A DNA stretch of 64,000 nucleotides from Anaerovoracaceae bacterium (GCA_963668245.2 CAXXKB010000003.1:3574-67573), one strand, 5' to 3'. Positions 51,291 to 62,031 are shown, counted from the first letter of the stretch. Numbers and translations: made by a program. Notes: generated from the letters alone by a model not told the origin.

Positions 51291-53825
51291 TTATTTTCGA
51301 TTCTGAATGTCTTTCGTCGGTTTTATCGAATCTTCTGTTCGTTTCTGACGCGGTTGTGTCCGCCCGTCTATTGCGCGAGTTTCCAAAATGGATTCTGAGA
51401 TCGGGGTACTTGGACCGGAGTCCTCTTGTTGTAACACGTACCGCAAAGCCGGCTTTGAATCTGTTTGTACTGAAGATCTGTTTACTATCACGGCTTCTCG
51501 CATAGGAACGGACCTTCTGACAGAAGAATCCGTTTCATACTGAACGCGATTTGATTCTACCGGAGAATCCTCTACAATCTGTTCCATACGCGGTACATTA
51601 ACCGTTCCGTCTGAATTGATTCGCGGGCGTGAACCCGTCGTTGTTTGGGAAATATGCGTATTTACCGATTGTTTCATTCCGCTATTTTGAACGTTTACAG
51701 CAATATTTCTGTCTACTTGACTATTTATTCTATTTGAAATTTCTACGCTCTCAGAGCTTGATTTTGCGTTATTTGTGGCTGTTTCGTAAGGTTCCAGCGG
51801 TTGGAAGGCAGCGTCTTCTTCGTACAAGAGATTTTCCATACGTGGGACATTGACCGTTCCATCCGAATTGATCCGCCCTTTAGTGCCTGTACTTCCAGTA
51901 GAAGTCAGTGCTGTCCTCTCCGTAATCACCCCTTCATTCCGTTCGTTTACAGCAACATTTCTTTCTGATAAGGTATTTCCTTGATTTACACGATCTATGC
52001 TTTGAGAAGAGCTGTTTTGGGCCAATGAATGACTATCAGCCCCTGCAATGCTTGTTGAATCGCTCTCGGTATCAGTATTTGCTTCTTCGAAAGACTGCTC
52101 CTGTAAGGAATCCAAGGATTGCCCTGTATGCGTAAGCCCCGTTGTGGCGACAGCATTTTTATTTTCATTCAAAGCAGAAGGCTCCACACTTGGTGTACTG
52201 GTTCTCCCATGTTTGGCCAACAGCGCATTTAAATCATTTTTACCCGTCCCGTCTGTACGGAGAGTTGATTTTTCTGATGGTGTACCCGCTATTCCCACAT
52301 CGGATTCAACCGATTCTGCCCCCAGTGGAGAATCTGCGCCCGTTGCTTGTGGGTCTTCCATTTCGTTTGTCATGCCCATTTGTTGCAAGTAGGTTTTAGC
52401 CTTTTCTGGATCATTTCCATTCAGCTGCAATGCTTTACCAGCATTTGTTTTCGTAGCCCCTGTTTCCATTGCTAAGTCATTCAATTGTCCTTGTTGAAAG
52501 CCTCCCTGGGCGAATGAATGCGCCAGGTCACTCGATCGCATAGCATTCTGTGCTGTTTGCAATGGGTGCTTGAAGCTGTTCATTTTGTCTTGCATGCCAT
52601 TTTGCAGGTGATTTCCTATACCACCCGCCTCTTGGCGATTCTCATTCCATTTACCTAATTTGTCTGCATTGTAGTCCATGCTGTTGCCAATTCCATTGGC
52701 CAATCCTTTAGTCCCTCGGCCCAATGCCGCTCCTAACCGTGTACCTGCATATAAGCCCATCAAGGTTGCTTGCCCATCTTTTACACCTGCGTCGAATCCG
52801 AAAATACGAGGAATGGTTTTTGTTCCGTCGATCACCACAAATGCCGCAACAATCATAATCATGGCATTTAAAATGGGAACATCGAAGAGATCCATTGCCA
52901 AGATCCAGCTCGTGAACAACTGATATAACCGCAAAATATAAAAAATGGATACGAACGTCGCAAAACCGTTAATCAATTCTTTTAAAACCACTTTAGCTTT
53001 TTGCCCTGTCCCAATATCCGTGTTGATCGCAAAGGGCGCTACCAACTTCGTAGTAGCCAATTCGAATGCAACTGATATCAGTTTGAACGAAAAGAATATA
53101 TAAATGACAATCAGCGATAAGAACTCCAACAGAATCACCAAAAAGTCATAGGAATAGCGGAAATAATACTCGTCCCAAAAACTAAATAGACCACCATTAT
53201 CCAGTTCCTCATCAACAACACTATCGCCAGTTGAAACAAGTTTGACACCTAAGACGTCCTCATCACTGTCTGCTGCTTCAGTGAGATCGAGTGCTTCAAA
53301 AGGTAATTCACGGGAGAGATTTTTTCTAGCTTCTAAGTTTTCCCATTCTCCACTTTCCGCAAGAATTTCAATATCTGTGATATTGTCATACAAGACGTTC
53401 GCGGCCAACATAATGTTCCCTTCTTCGTCCGTCCCTAAAGCCGCGACACTGGCATCTGCGATGGTCAGAAATTGGGTCATGGTCCATGGAATAGCGATAA
53501 TGAACAGAACTCCCAGCACCGTATTACGGAATAAATCAGAAACGGTTTTTCTTTTCCCGAGAATAAAATTGTACCCCTGAAACATAAGGGCGATCGCTAG
53601 GAAAACAAAACTTGCCAATGCCAAATACTGGTAAAAATCCTGAACTTCCGGCTGATTAAAAAAGGCCAATATGCTCGCCAGATGATTAACCATCATTTCC
53701 ATACCATTTGCCAATCCGTACAATAAACGAAATAAGAATTGTTCAACATAGCGGAAAATCCATGCAGGTATGGACCTCAGTTTAAATAAGTCAGCATACT
53801 GCATTAATATTTCTTTTGGAGTCAT
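51291..53825 (-). CDS. VirB6-like polytopic conjugation protein (pLS20 p028-like) with long hydrophilic tail
   Basis: Several TMs in the N-terminal ~370 aa; Ser/Thr/Asn-rich C-terminus. Confidence 0.8.
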   Translation of the reverse strand: MTPKEILMQYADLFKLRSIPAWIFRYVEQFLFRLLYGLANGMEMMVNHLASILAFFNQPEVQDFYQYLALASFVFLAIALMFQGYNFILGKRKTVSDLFRNTVLGVLFIIAIPWTMTQFLTIADASVAALGTDEEGNIMLAANVLYDNITDIEILAESGEWENLEARKNLSRELPFEALDLTEAADSDEDVLGVKLVSTGDSVVDEELDNGGLFSFWDEYYFRYSYDFLVILLEFLSLIVIYIFFSFKLISVAFELATTKLVAPFAINTDIGTGQKAKVVLKELINGFATFVSIFYILRLYQLFTSWILAMDLFDVPILNAMIMIVAAFVVIDGTKTIPRIFGFDAGVKDGQATLMGLYAGTRLGAALGRGTKGLANGIGNSMDYNADKLGKWNENRQEAGGIGNHLQNGMQDKMNSFKHPLQTAQNAMRSSDLAHSFAQGGFQQGQLNDLAMETGATKTNAGKALQLNGNDPEKAKTYLQQMGMTNEMEDPQATGADSPLGAESVESDVGIAGTPSEKSTLRTDGTGKNDLNALLAKHGRTSTPSVEPSALNENKNAVATTGLTHTGQSLDSLQEQSFEEANTDTESDSTSIAGADSHSLAQNSSSQSIDRVNQGNTLSERNVAVNERNEGVITERTALTSTGSTGTKGRINSDGTVNVPRMENLLYEEDAAFQPLEPYETATNNAKSSSESVEISNRINSQVDRNIAVNVQNSGMKQSVNTHISQTTTGSRPRINSDGTVNVPRMEQIVEDSPVESNRVQYETDSSVRRSVPMREAVIVNRSSVQTDSKPALRYVLQQEDSGPSTPISESILETRAIDGRTQPRQKRTEDSIKPTKDIQNRK

Positions 53826-53890
53826 GCTATAGCTCCTTTCAAAAAAAGAAGTGGCTCCACTAAATTCGAATTTAGCACCACTTCTCTTTA

Positions 53891-54307
53891 TTAATCTTCT
53901 TCAATTAATTTCAAAACGTACTCATTTTTCGCTGTGCTTCCTATTTCATCGGGATTATGCGTGAACCAAAAATATATATCATCTTCAATTCTTCCTGCGT
54001 AATATGTTTTCTCTCCCCATTCAACCAAGTAATAGCTCGTTTCGTCTGGTTCTTCTGCTACTTCCACCACTTCTGACGCTAATGTTTCACCATTTTCCGC
54101 TAATCCTGTTGCATAAATCTTTTCCTCTTCTGCTGTAAAAGTTACAGTCGCATAATCTTTATTGGTCCGTAAATTTTCCACGCTGAACGTTTTCCCCACG
54201 AGTTCTAACGGATCTTTCACTGTTGTGCCGCAAGCCGCGAATAGGAAAAACAACGATAACAATAAAACATATCCGATTCTTTTTTTCACACTGCTCACTC
54301 CTTTCAA
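53891..54307 (-). CDS. Lipoprotein (possible entry or surface exclusion)
   Basis: Lipobox LFAAC; follows virD4. Confidence 0.6.
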   Translation of the reverse strand: MKGVSSVKKRIGYVLLLSLFFLFAACGTTVKDPLELVGKTFSVENLRTNKDYATVTFTAEEEKIYATGLAENGETLASEVVEVAEEPDETSYYLVEWGEKTYYAGRIEDDIYFWFTHNPDEIGSTAKNEYVLKLIEED

Positions 54308-57027
54308 GTCTCTGTTCTCAACCCCAGCGCTATTTTTTGCTTTTTAGTTTCAGGTTTTATGTATTGCTCATCAAAATCCATTTCTTCAAAATCTTCTTCC
54401 TCAAGCAACAAATCCAAATCAATATATTCCAATGGCTTTCCTCGTAGAATATTTTGAATATCGTACGCGATATTTTCCAATGTCAGCCTATTCCCGTTAC
54501 AGTCGCTTTTATCCTGTTCCAAGACAAACGAAGTGAGCAAGTTCTTGATTTCATCTACCGTCAAATTCTTGTTCTTTCGATCAAACACAGCAATTGTCCC
54601 GTTCAAGAACGTATACGCAAGTATCATTTTTATTTCATTGCGCTGCCCTTCATTCAGCTGCATTCTCTGCGGATTCTGCAGTTCTTCATAATCCACTTGC
54701 AGCGCATGTAAATTTAAATCGGCATGCAACGATGGAATGCGTAATTCATGACGATCTTTTTCCGTATCAAAATCTTCCGCTAAGTATTGGTACCGGTATT
54801 TCATACGAGTTTTTCCCGTATTGAAAATCGCTTTTGGTCGAATATCCCGTCCTTTTTTGTCTCGCCGCATGATCGAACGAATCACGACCATCTCGCCTTC
54901 CTGCAGCTGCATGAGCCGATTTTCGGAGAGCAACGGCTGCCGATCCACACTCGTGGTGCGGGTAGAATCCAAATCCAACACTTTCCCGCTGCGGCTATCG
55001 ATTTCAATCGTGCGGTAGCCAATCTTTTCACTGATTTCTTTCGCAGTCTCCTTGTTGGTTGTGAAAATGTATAAATGATTCTGGCAATTATCTTTGATGG
55101 AAGTGGCTTTGTCTTTTCCGTAAAGCGAATCAATCTGATTGTACCCCTGCACCACCAGGGCAAACAGGATATTTCTTCCGAGACACACCGTCAACATGCT
55201 ATCCATTCCCTCAATGGGCGGCATGTTTCCAAATTCGTCCAAAATGAATTGTACGCGTCTGTGTAGTTTCTGGCCTCGAGTAATCGTGGCCAATTGACTC
55301 AAGGTTTGATACATCTGCCGGACAAAAATCGAACAGATAACATGCATAGACGAGTCATAGTCCGGCACGACCATAAAGACGGCATAAGAATCTGTGATAT
55401 ACAGGACTTCCAACGACTGAATGGCTCTTTCTTTTTCCGGAACTTCTTCGCACCAAATCATGTGGGCAAAATCTTCAAACTCTTCTTTCCCATACGGATT
55501 CCGGCCTTTTGAAATGCGTTGGAAACTATACGCAACCGCTTGATCCGGATTGTCCTTTGGTACAAACTGGATTCGATCCCCCTCTGCTAACGCGTAGTCA
55601 AAATGAAGATGAAGTAACCCGTATTGTGTCGTCGGTCCGGAAACAGCTTCTACACGTCCGATTTCTTTGCCAAACGGTTGTTTCTGGTTCCTTCGGTAGA
55701 AAAGGACCTCAAAATCCTGTCCTTTCAAGCGGATATCCGTCCGCAAATGAATTTGTTTCGGAAATCCCACTCGGGCCATGTCAATGGAATTGATACTCGT
55801 TAATTTTGCAATGGCGTCTCCTGTAAAAATCTCCAATTTTGAGCTGGCAACCGAAAAGATCGAGCCGCGGGTATTCCCTTTGGCAAAGTTACTGGTAGCG
55901 TATTGTTGCTTGGCCACACTGGTAGGAGGTAACCCTTCAAAATACTCGTCCAGGGCATTGACTTCCGTTTTGCCGCCGTCTTTCGAATAATTTTTTGATC
56001 CCATTTCGCTCAAAAAGGACGCGACATTTTTTAACGTAATCCGCTCCGGATGGTAATTATCCGGGTCATAGTACTCTTCACATAACGCTAAGATAATCGC
56101 AGAGACTAACGCTTGTGCGGAATTGTCCCAAAAGGGTTCCTTTGCGTTCGGGTTATTATAGAGAGAAAACGTCAATGTTTTCGTGCGTTTTTGCGCTTCC
56201 GCATAGTCCCCCTTTTCAAAGGCTTGTTTCACCAATTCCAGCGGATTGTAGCTCATGCCTTCCGTGGGATTCAGAATATTCAACACTTCTACGCGGTAGC
56301 CTCTTTTTCGCAACGTCTCATAGCTTGCTGTATACAGTTCGCCCTTCGGATCATTGATTACCAAATTCGGTTTCGCACTGGCACGAGAATTGATATCAAT
56401 CATCGGGAAAACCAACAGTTCCCCTTTCCCGGAGCGGGAAGTTCCAATGACCGCTGAATTTTGTGTGCTTTCGTCTACAAACACCGTGTCCTTTACTCGC
56501 GATATCAAAGTCCCACCTAAGCCATCCCATTCTTTTTTCTTTTCTGGAACTGCCGTATAGGTACGGGAAATCTCTTCCAGCGTTGCTAAGGCGCTGTCGC
56601 CTTTTTGATTGCGATTCAAGGTACCATATCTGCTGCGCAGCTTAAACATGGTGTATAGGGCTACCCCGAAAGCAAGGCCATAACTTCCCCCATGCAGCCA
56701 GGTGACCCCTCTTGTATCCGGATAAAAATTTCTCGCGTTGATAAAAGTAGTCCAATTGACACCCGAAAATCCGGTTAACAACTGAAAATCGGGAGCTGTA
56801 ACAAACAACAACAACCGTGTGACCGTTTCAATCAGAAACGTAGCAGCGATGGCTGAAACCACAAAAACTGTGACGCCAACGAAGAAAATCATACCCCAGT
56901 TCCCCAGGTAGGCAGATAACCCTTTGGGTTTGCCTTCTTTCGAACGATCCTTTGAAAATGTAGATGGTCTTGTTCGCAAAAACGATTCACCCCCGCTTTC
57001 TTTACAGTAATGTGGATAGAAGGACAA
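54304..57027 (-). CDS. virD4: VirD4/TraG coupling protein
   Basis: GTSRSGKG, NDPKGEL, FILDEFGN, VVQGYNQ; the true start may lie slightly downstream. Confidence 0.94.
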   Translation of the reverse strand: MSFYPHYCKESGGESFLRTRPSTFSKDRSKEGKPKGLSAYLGNWGMIFFVGVTVFVVSAIAATFLIETVTRLLLFVTAPDFQLLTGFSGVNWTTFINARNFYPDTRGVTWLHGGSYGLAFGVALYTMFKLRSRYGTLNRNQKGDSALATLEEISRTYTAVPEKKKEWDGLGGTLISRVKDTVFVDESTQNSAVIGTSRSGKGELLVFPMIDINSRASAKPNLVINDPKGELYTASYETLRKRGYRVEVLNILNPTEGMSYNPLELVKQAFEKGDYAEAQKRTKTLTFSLYNNPNAKEPFWDNSAQALVSAIILALCEEYYDPDNYHPERITLKNVASFLSEMGSKNYSKDGGKTEVNALDEYFEGLPPTSVAKQQYATSNFAKGNTRGSIFSVASSKLEIFTGDAIAKLTSINSIDMARVGFPKQIHLRTDIRLKGQDFEVLFYRRNQKQPFGKEIGRVEAVSGPTTQYGLLHLHFDYALAEGDRIQFVPKDNPDQAVAYSFQRISKGRNPYGKEEFEDFAHMIWCEEVPEKERAIQSLEVLYITDSYAVFMVVPDYDSSMHVICSIFVRQMYQTLSQLATITRGQKLHRRVQFILDEFGNMPPIEGMDSMLTVCLGRNILFALVVQGYNQIDSLYGKDKATSIKDNCQNHLYIFTTNKETAKEISEKIGYRTIEIDSRSGKVLDLDSTRTTSVDRQPLLSENRLMQLQEGEMVVIRSIMRRDKKGRDIRPKAIFNTGKTRMKYRYQYLAEDFDTEKDRHELRIPSLHADLNLHALQVDYEELQNPQRMQLNEGQRNEIKMILAYTFLNGTIAVFDRKNKNLTVDEIKNLLTSFVLEQDKSDCNGNRLTLENIAYDIQNILRGKPLEYIDLDLLLEEEDFEEMDFDEQYIKPETKKQKIALGLRTET

Positions 57028-58711
57028 TAACCATAATCAAGAACGATGACGCACTCAGTACCATACCCGCTTTTTGTTTCTGACTATTGACTTCCAGGAA
57101 GGTTTTGAAGGAATGATTCAGTTCTTCTTTTTCTTTCGCATACATTTCTAAATTCGCTTCTTTGCGCTCTTGCTCGGCGTGGGTTTTTGCCATAAATAAC
57201 TGGTACTCTTTTTCTACCTTATCCACTTCCGCACGCAAAGCAGCGATTTGCAGGTCTTTTTCTCGCAAAGTTTCTTCCAAGTGTTCCTGTGCCCTTAAGC
57301 GATAGGTTTCCGCTTTGATTCGGTATTGCTTGCTTTTTTCTGTTTGTTGGATTTCCCGTTCCATCCCGATAAATTCTTCCAGCCATTTCCCTTTATTCGT
57401 GGAAAGTTCTGCGGCTGTCTGATCATCAAACTCTTTCAAGAGCGTCTGACGTTTTTGGAGCAGCTCTTCTTTTGCTTCCTTTTGGCTGGTTGCCAACGCT
57501 TCAAGAAGTGCCGCCCTTAATCGCTGCTTTTCCTCTTGAATGGTGTTTTCCAGCTCTGCTTTTCTTCTGGCATATTCTTGTGTCAAAAATGAATTCCCTT
57601 TTTCGGCCAATTCCTCTTTTTTGATCCGCTCCTTCTCTCTCAAACGATCGTCCAACTGGGTAAGGGCATATCGATAATTTCGTTCCAGAATAGCTTGCTG
57701 TTCTTGTTGTTCTTCTTCAATTCTAAGAAGGAAGAGGTGTCTTTCTTCCGCGTACTGTTCTTTCGCTCGCGCTTCCACATTTTGCAGAATTTCCTCGTAT
57801 TCTTTTTCCTTCATTATCCGGAACGCCGTTACTTCACCTTCCAAAATCTTTTCCAATTCAGCTGTTTTTTCCGCTTGAAAATACGCGAATGACCGTTCAT
57901 GAGAAAGCATTATATTTTCTAATAGCTGTGCTTTCTCTTGTTCCCGTTCCAAATGAAACTGCGCCAGTTGCTTCTCGTAAACATTTTGTTCGGAATCAGC
58001 CAGAACCGTTTGCCAACCGCTTATTTTTTGACGGATTGCCCACAATAGCTCTTTTTCAAAAAAAAGGGACCCTGATTCTATTTTTTGGGTTTCTTCCCGG
58101 ATTTCTATTTCTGCTACAGCGACATCCTGCGGATTATTCCTTTTTGAAGGGCCTTCCTCTTCGCTCTCTATTGTCAGATTCTCCGGATGTCGTTCAGACT
58201 GCTCTGTATCTTCCAACTCACTTTCGGCTAACGCCCACTCTGCTTCCGTGAAATCTTGGGTGAAATCATATTCCTTCACAACCTGCAGTGTCTCTGAAAG
58301 ATTTTCCTGATCCGGATCCTTTTTCTTGAATGCAGGGAGCCAGCGTTTACTTTCTTTTTTCTTCCGCACTGTGACTTCTGGTCCGATACTTTTTAGCAAT
58401 TCTTTTTGCAGGTTCTCAAAATCAGGAAAGTCCATATGATTTGAGAGGAAATATTCTTCCAAGTAGGACGCCAATGAAAAATACTCCTGTTGCACTTCAT
58501 TACTTTTCAATTCCAACTTCAACAGTGCAGAAGAAGATTCCGTATTCGTTTGCTTAATTTCCAATTGGGGCATTTCAAAAAACGAACTGGTTTGAACGGC
58601 CTGATAGGCCTTCATTTGACTCTCCGCTTCGAATAACGTAACCTCACGCGGGTTCTTCCCCACAAAGCGTTTAAACGCCTTCGGCATATGGCTATACGTC
58701 ACATACAGCAT
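57002..58711 (-). CDS. Long Glu-rich coiled-coil protein with C-terminal TM
   Basis: Composition; within the tra operon. Confidence 0.7.
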   Translation of the reverse strand: MLYVTYSHMPKAFKRFVGKNPREVTLFEAESQMKAYQAVQTSSFFEMPQLEIKQTNTESSSALLKLELKSNEVQQEYFSLASYLEEYFLSNHMDFPDFENLQKELLKSIGPEVTVRKKKESKRWLPAFKKKDPDQENLSETLQVVKEYDFTQDFTEAEWALAESELEDTEQSERHPENLTIESEEEGPSKRNNPQDVAVAEIEIREETQKIESGSLFFEKELLWAIRQKISGWQTVLADSEQNVYEKQLAQFHLEREQEKAQLLENIMLSHERSFAYFQAEKTAELEKILEGEVTAFRIMKEKEYEEILQNVEARAKEQYAEERHLFLLRIEEEQQEQQAILERNYRYALTQLDDRLREKERIKKEELAEKGNSFLTQEYARRKAELENTIQEEKQRLRAALLEALATSQKEAKEELLQKRQTLLKEFDDQTAAELSTNKGKWLEEFIGMEREIQQTEKSKQYRIKAETYRLRAQEHLEETLREKDLQIAALRAEVDKVEKEYQLFMAKTHAEQERKEANLEMYAKEKEELNHSFKTFLEVNSQKQKAGMVLSASSFLIMVIVLLSTLL

Positions 58712-58789
58712 AGTGTTCCTCCTTTCTTGGCAAATAAAAAAGGACTCTTCTGGTATTCCTTCAGTCCCGTTTATACGCTATTCACTTTT

Positions 58790-59053
58790 TTAAAAATTCG
58801 AAATTTGTTGTAGCCATTCTGCAAGGGCTCCTGCACCCCAGATTAAAACAGCCCCAATGATCAGGCCCACCACCGAGCTTTTCGCTTCACGCAGCCCCTC
58901 TCTGCCGCCGGTAACTACTTTAAATCCTAATATGGCAATAAAAACAACCAGTACGCCGATTCCGATACCTTGCAGCAAATTTGTAATGTCCCCCGTAGCT
59001 TGGTTCAAACTACTTTGTAAATTGCTCGTTAAAAGAATGGATTGAAGTATCAT
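58790..59053 (-). CDS. VirB2/TrbC-like pilin-type membrane protein
   Basis: 87 aa, two hydrophobic segments (GGREGLREAK linker). Confidence 0.7.
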   Translation of the reverse strand: MILQSILLTSNLQSSLNQATGDITNLLQGIGIGVLVVFIAILGFKVVTGGREGLREAKSSVVGLIIGAVLIWGAGALAEWLQQISNF

Positions 59054-59077
59054 GGTATTTCCTCCTACGTTCTTGGA

Positions 59078-59377
59078 TTAATTATCTACTTGTTCTTTCG
59101 GTGTAGGCATATCGGCTTCAACCAACAGCGCTACTTGTGGAACGATTTGCGTTGGATTCTGTAGTTGCTCTGCCAGGCGTTTGTTTATTTTTTCTTGCTT
59201 GTGGTAATCCAAAATGACGGCTTTAAACAGTTTATACTCCGTTGAAGTCCGATCAAAAAGCTTTCCTAATGCTTCTTGAAGCATTTCGTCTTCAAAAGCT
59301 TTGACACTTTTCCCTTCCAGGGCGAGTTGCTTTTTATAGAGTTGATTGGCTACCTGGGTGTCTAATGCAATGGTCAT
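59078..59377 (-). CDS. Hypothetical protein
   Basis: Probable start MTIALD with RBS. Confidence 0.6.
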   Translation of the reverse strand: MTIALDTQVANQLYKKQLALEGKSVKAFEDEMLQEALGKLFDRTSTEYKLFKAVILDYHKQEKINKRLAEQLQNPTQIVPQVALLVEADMPTPKEQVDN

Positions 59378-59394
59378 GGGATCCCTTCCTTTCT

Positions 59395-60009
59395 TCAAAT
59401 TTCGCAATAAGTAATAAAAAAAAGGTTGCTCTCTTTCATGCATGAGAAAACAACCTTGTAGCTATTCATTTTATGTTGCGCTTCCTCTGGTAGCATCCGT
59501 TGAATAGAGGCTGCCATTGCTTGTTGAAAGCTTTCTTTACCGCTTTGAAACAAGGCGTAAAGAAAGTCTTCGCTATGGGCTCCGCGAATGTCATCTACGC
59601 AAAAATTCACTTCAGTAATTTCGGTAGCGTTTTGTCCCAAAATAACGGTAAAAAGCATTTCCAAACCATAATTTTCCAATTGCCAATTGACTTTGAAAAC
59701 CTGGTGATTTTGTTCTGAAAGTCGGTAAATGTCCGTAATCTCAATCTGTGGTTCCGGTAGGCTATAGAAGTATCCCAATAAATCATTGGCTGTGATATTC
59801 AATGTTTTCGTGATTTTTTCGACACTTGCATACTGAATTGACCGATTCTGCTGTTTAGCAATCTTGGCTATGCCATTGTAGGTCATGCCGCATTGCTTTG
59901 CCAGTTCGTCATACGTCATTTTCCGGTTACGCAGTACCGTTTCAAGAGTATTCTGAATCTTCTTCCCCTCCTTCTGCTTCGTAGAGATGCTTCCGGCATT
60001 TACTCGCAA
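59395..60009 (-). CDS. Cro/C1-type HTH regulator with C-terminal domain
   Basis: MTYDELAKQCGMTYNGIAKI...VEKITKTLNITANDLL; start uncertain. Confidence 0.75.
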   Translation of the reverse strand: MRVNAGSISTKQKEGKKIQNTLETVLRNRKMTYDELAKQCGMTYNGIAKIAKQQNRSIQYASVEKITKTLNITANDLLGYFYSLPEPQIEITDIYRLSEQNHQVFKVNWQLENYGLEMLFTVILGQNATEITEVNFCVDDIRGAHSEDFLYALFQSGKESFQQAMAASIQRMLPEEAQHKMNSYKVVFSCMKESNLFFITYCEI

Positions 60010-60355
60010 ACAGCCACTCGGCTGTATTAAGCGCTTCGTCTTCGCTCGCTTGCGTGAACAACAAGAATCCTGGCAAAGATGTAGCTCATGTTGTGCGAGA
60101 AATAACGGATAAACCTAATGTTGCTATTGCGGGTATCCCCCTGGATCCCTCCGACCGTCGTTTTTCTCGAACGATATCTTTTAGAGCATAGCAGGCGGTT
60201 TCTACCGCCAATAGTCCGTCCACTCCGACCGACATAGGATTTTTCAAGAGCTCCATACGCTCCTTCCCTTTCGGGTATTTAGTTGTCACAAGAGCAATTT
60301 AAAAGTTTTCATTCAAAAAAACTTTTATTCTCATGAAAACTTTTCATTTCACTAT
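59965..60355 (-). ncRNA. Putative long structured leader RNA of the tra operon
   Basis: Extended -10 TGCTATAAT at ~60362-60370; GC-rich, with hairpins (GGCGGT-AGAA-ACCGCC, CCC-GAAA-GGG) and repeated GGTCGGAG. Confidence 0.4.
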
Positions 60356-60409
60356 AGGTTTATTATAGCACAACTGGTTGAAATCACAAACGATTTTTCT
60401 TGTAATATA

Positions 60410-60829
60410 CTACTCTTTTGTCTTCCGCTTTACTTCGCGTTCTTCTGCCTTTTCTATCAGCTTTTCCTTCACTTTTCGGGCCGATTTGTATGAGGTCACT
60501 TCCACGTATTTCGCATAATTTTTAACATCTTCTTTCCAAAATAAGCGGGTATAGTAATATTTTTTATCTCCAAATATGTGCACAGGAGTTAAAATTCCAT
60601 TACTTACATCACGGGTAATCCGCGCATTTTCTGCACCTGTTTTTTCTGCAAATTCCGCTTGAGAAAGGCAATAACGCTCCATCAAGTCCGTTAGCAACTC
60701 TTGGCGGAGAGGTTTATTCGCCTCTAACGTTTCGTAGACTAATTCTTTATCCGCTAGCAAATGTTCCATTACGTTCTTTGCTAACGCGTCATCGTTCATA
60801 ATTTGATTGATTATCTGGTTTTCTGGCAT
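60410..60829 (-). CDS. Hypothetical, possibly DNA-binding, protein downstream of repA
   Basis: LSQAEFAEKTG HTH-like segment; RBS GGGGAG. Confidence 0.6.
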   Translation of the reverse strand: MPENQIINQIMNDDALAKNVMEHLLADKELVYETLEANKPLRQELLTDLMERYCLSQAEFAEKTGAENARITRDVSNGILTPVHIFGDKKYYYTRLFWKEDVKNYAKYVEVTSYKSARKVKEKLIEKAEEREVKRKTKE

Positions 60830-60840
60830 GATTACTCCCC

Positions 60841-62031
60841 TTATTTTTCAGGATGGCTTTCTAACCTGTGCCCCTGATTTGATGTATTTGAAGTACTCTC
60901 AACCGTCCGAAGATAGTCAAAAGTAGGCAATGATTCGGTCTGTGTTTCGTCGAGCGCTATAATTTCAATCCAGTGTAACGCTAGTTTTTTAAAGCTGATA
61001 AAAAAGTAAGCCTTTGGATCGCGAATCGTTGCATTTGTACGCAAGTGGCGCAAGACGTTATACAGCGTGGTTAAATAACCTTCCTGTAGGTCCTGACTAT
61101 ATGCACTCGTGTCCGCGAAGAAATAGACCCCAAGGGGCTTTCCGCTTTCTCTTTCTGCGGATTTCGTAGCTTGTACGACCGTTTCAATGGTTTCTAAAAA
61201 CAGACTATAGTCATCTCGAGCGTATTTTACGAGAATTTCTACAAAGCGCTCCCCATAGGTTTCCACTAGCTCTTTTTCTTGAATCGCTTGTTCAATCATA
61301 AAATCACCCGTACTTTCAGGCGGTGTTTGAAAAGCGTGATTGAATGCATGATTTTGTAAAACGTCCGCGGCGCGTTGATCTTTATACTCTTTATTATCTT
61401 TATGTTTAGTATTAGTAATATAAGTCTTATTAGGTAGCAGATTCTGCGACACTGGACTAGCAGATTCTGCGACACTGTGAAAAGCTTGATTTGGCGCTGT
61501 TTTGTTCAGTGTAGCAAATTCTGCTATACTGTTTGGAACTTGATTTGACGGTGTTTTCTCCAGTGTAGCAGATTTTGCTACACTGGGAGATTTAGCATTA
61601 ACGGACTCAGGATCTTTTGATACGGCTAGGATATCTTCTCCTGTTTCAGCTTGATTAATTTGGTAAATGTCATCAACTGTGATTTCTGGCTTCATCAAAT
61701 ATAACCGAAAGGGCGCGTTGAATTTTTTTTGTTCCTGACTCAATAAATTCGCGTCCATCAGTTCTTTTTTGATATTGGTGATTTTACGAGGAGACACATT
61801 CAAAATTTCTGACAATGTTTGATTTGTGTAGACAAAGTAAAGGGAGTCCGAAGAATCAATCCACTTATTTTTGATAGATAGCTGCAGCCGATCCAGCAGC
61901 AAAGCATATAAAATTTTGGCATCGTTAGATAGTTTTTTGTATTTCTCATTCGTGAAAAAAACTTTCGGCATTTGGTAGTACTTCATGCCATACTGTTCTT
62001 GTAGCGTAAAAAATAGATTATGGGTTTGCAT
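60841..62031 (-). CDS. repA: RepA_N-family replication initiator
   Basis: YYQMPKVFF...LSNDAKILYALLLDR.QLS.KN.W.D...YFVYTN..LSEILN; ATG at 62031 after GAGAAGGGAAG. Confidence 0.94.
   Translation of the reverse strand: MQTHNLFFTLQEQYGMKYYQMPKVFFTNEKYKKLSNDAKILYALLLDRLQLSIKNKWIDSSDSLYFVYTNQTLSEILNVSPRKITNIKKELMDANLLSQEQKKFNAPFRLYLMKPEITVDDIYQINQAETGEDILAVSKDPESVNAKSPSVAKSATLEKTPSNQVPNSIAEFATLNKTAPNQAFHSVAESASPVSQNLLPNKTYITNTKHKDNKEYKDQRAADVLQNHAFNHAFQTPPESTGDFMIEQAIQEKELVETYGERFVEILVKYARDDYSLFLETIETVVQATKSAERESGKPLGVYFFADTSAYSQDLQEGYLTTLYNVLRHLRTNATIRDPKAYFFISFKKLALHWIEIIALDETQTESLPTFDYLRTVESTSNTSNQGHRLESHPEK
61434..61585. repeat. Intragenic Rep-box iterons (oriV)
   Basis: Four (CAGT)GTAGCAGATT(C/T)TGC(G/T)ACACTG copies, partly palindromic, two at 54-bp spacing, in mid-repA as is typical for RepA_N. 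Confidence 0.8.

Noticed and set aside
44091-57892. Many plus-strand ORFs of 60-130 aa within the tra region
   Set aside because: Antisense shadows of well-supported minus-strand genes.
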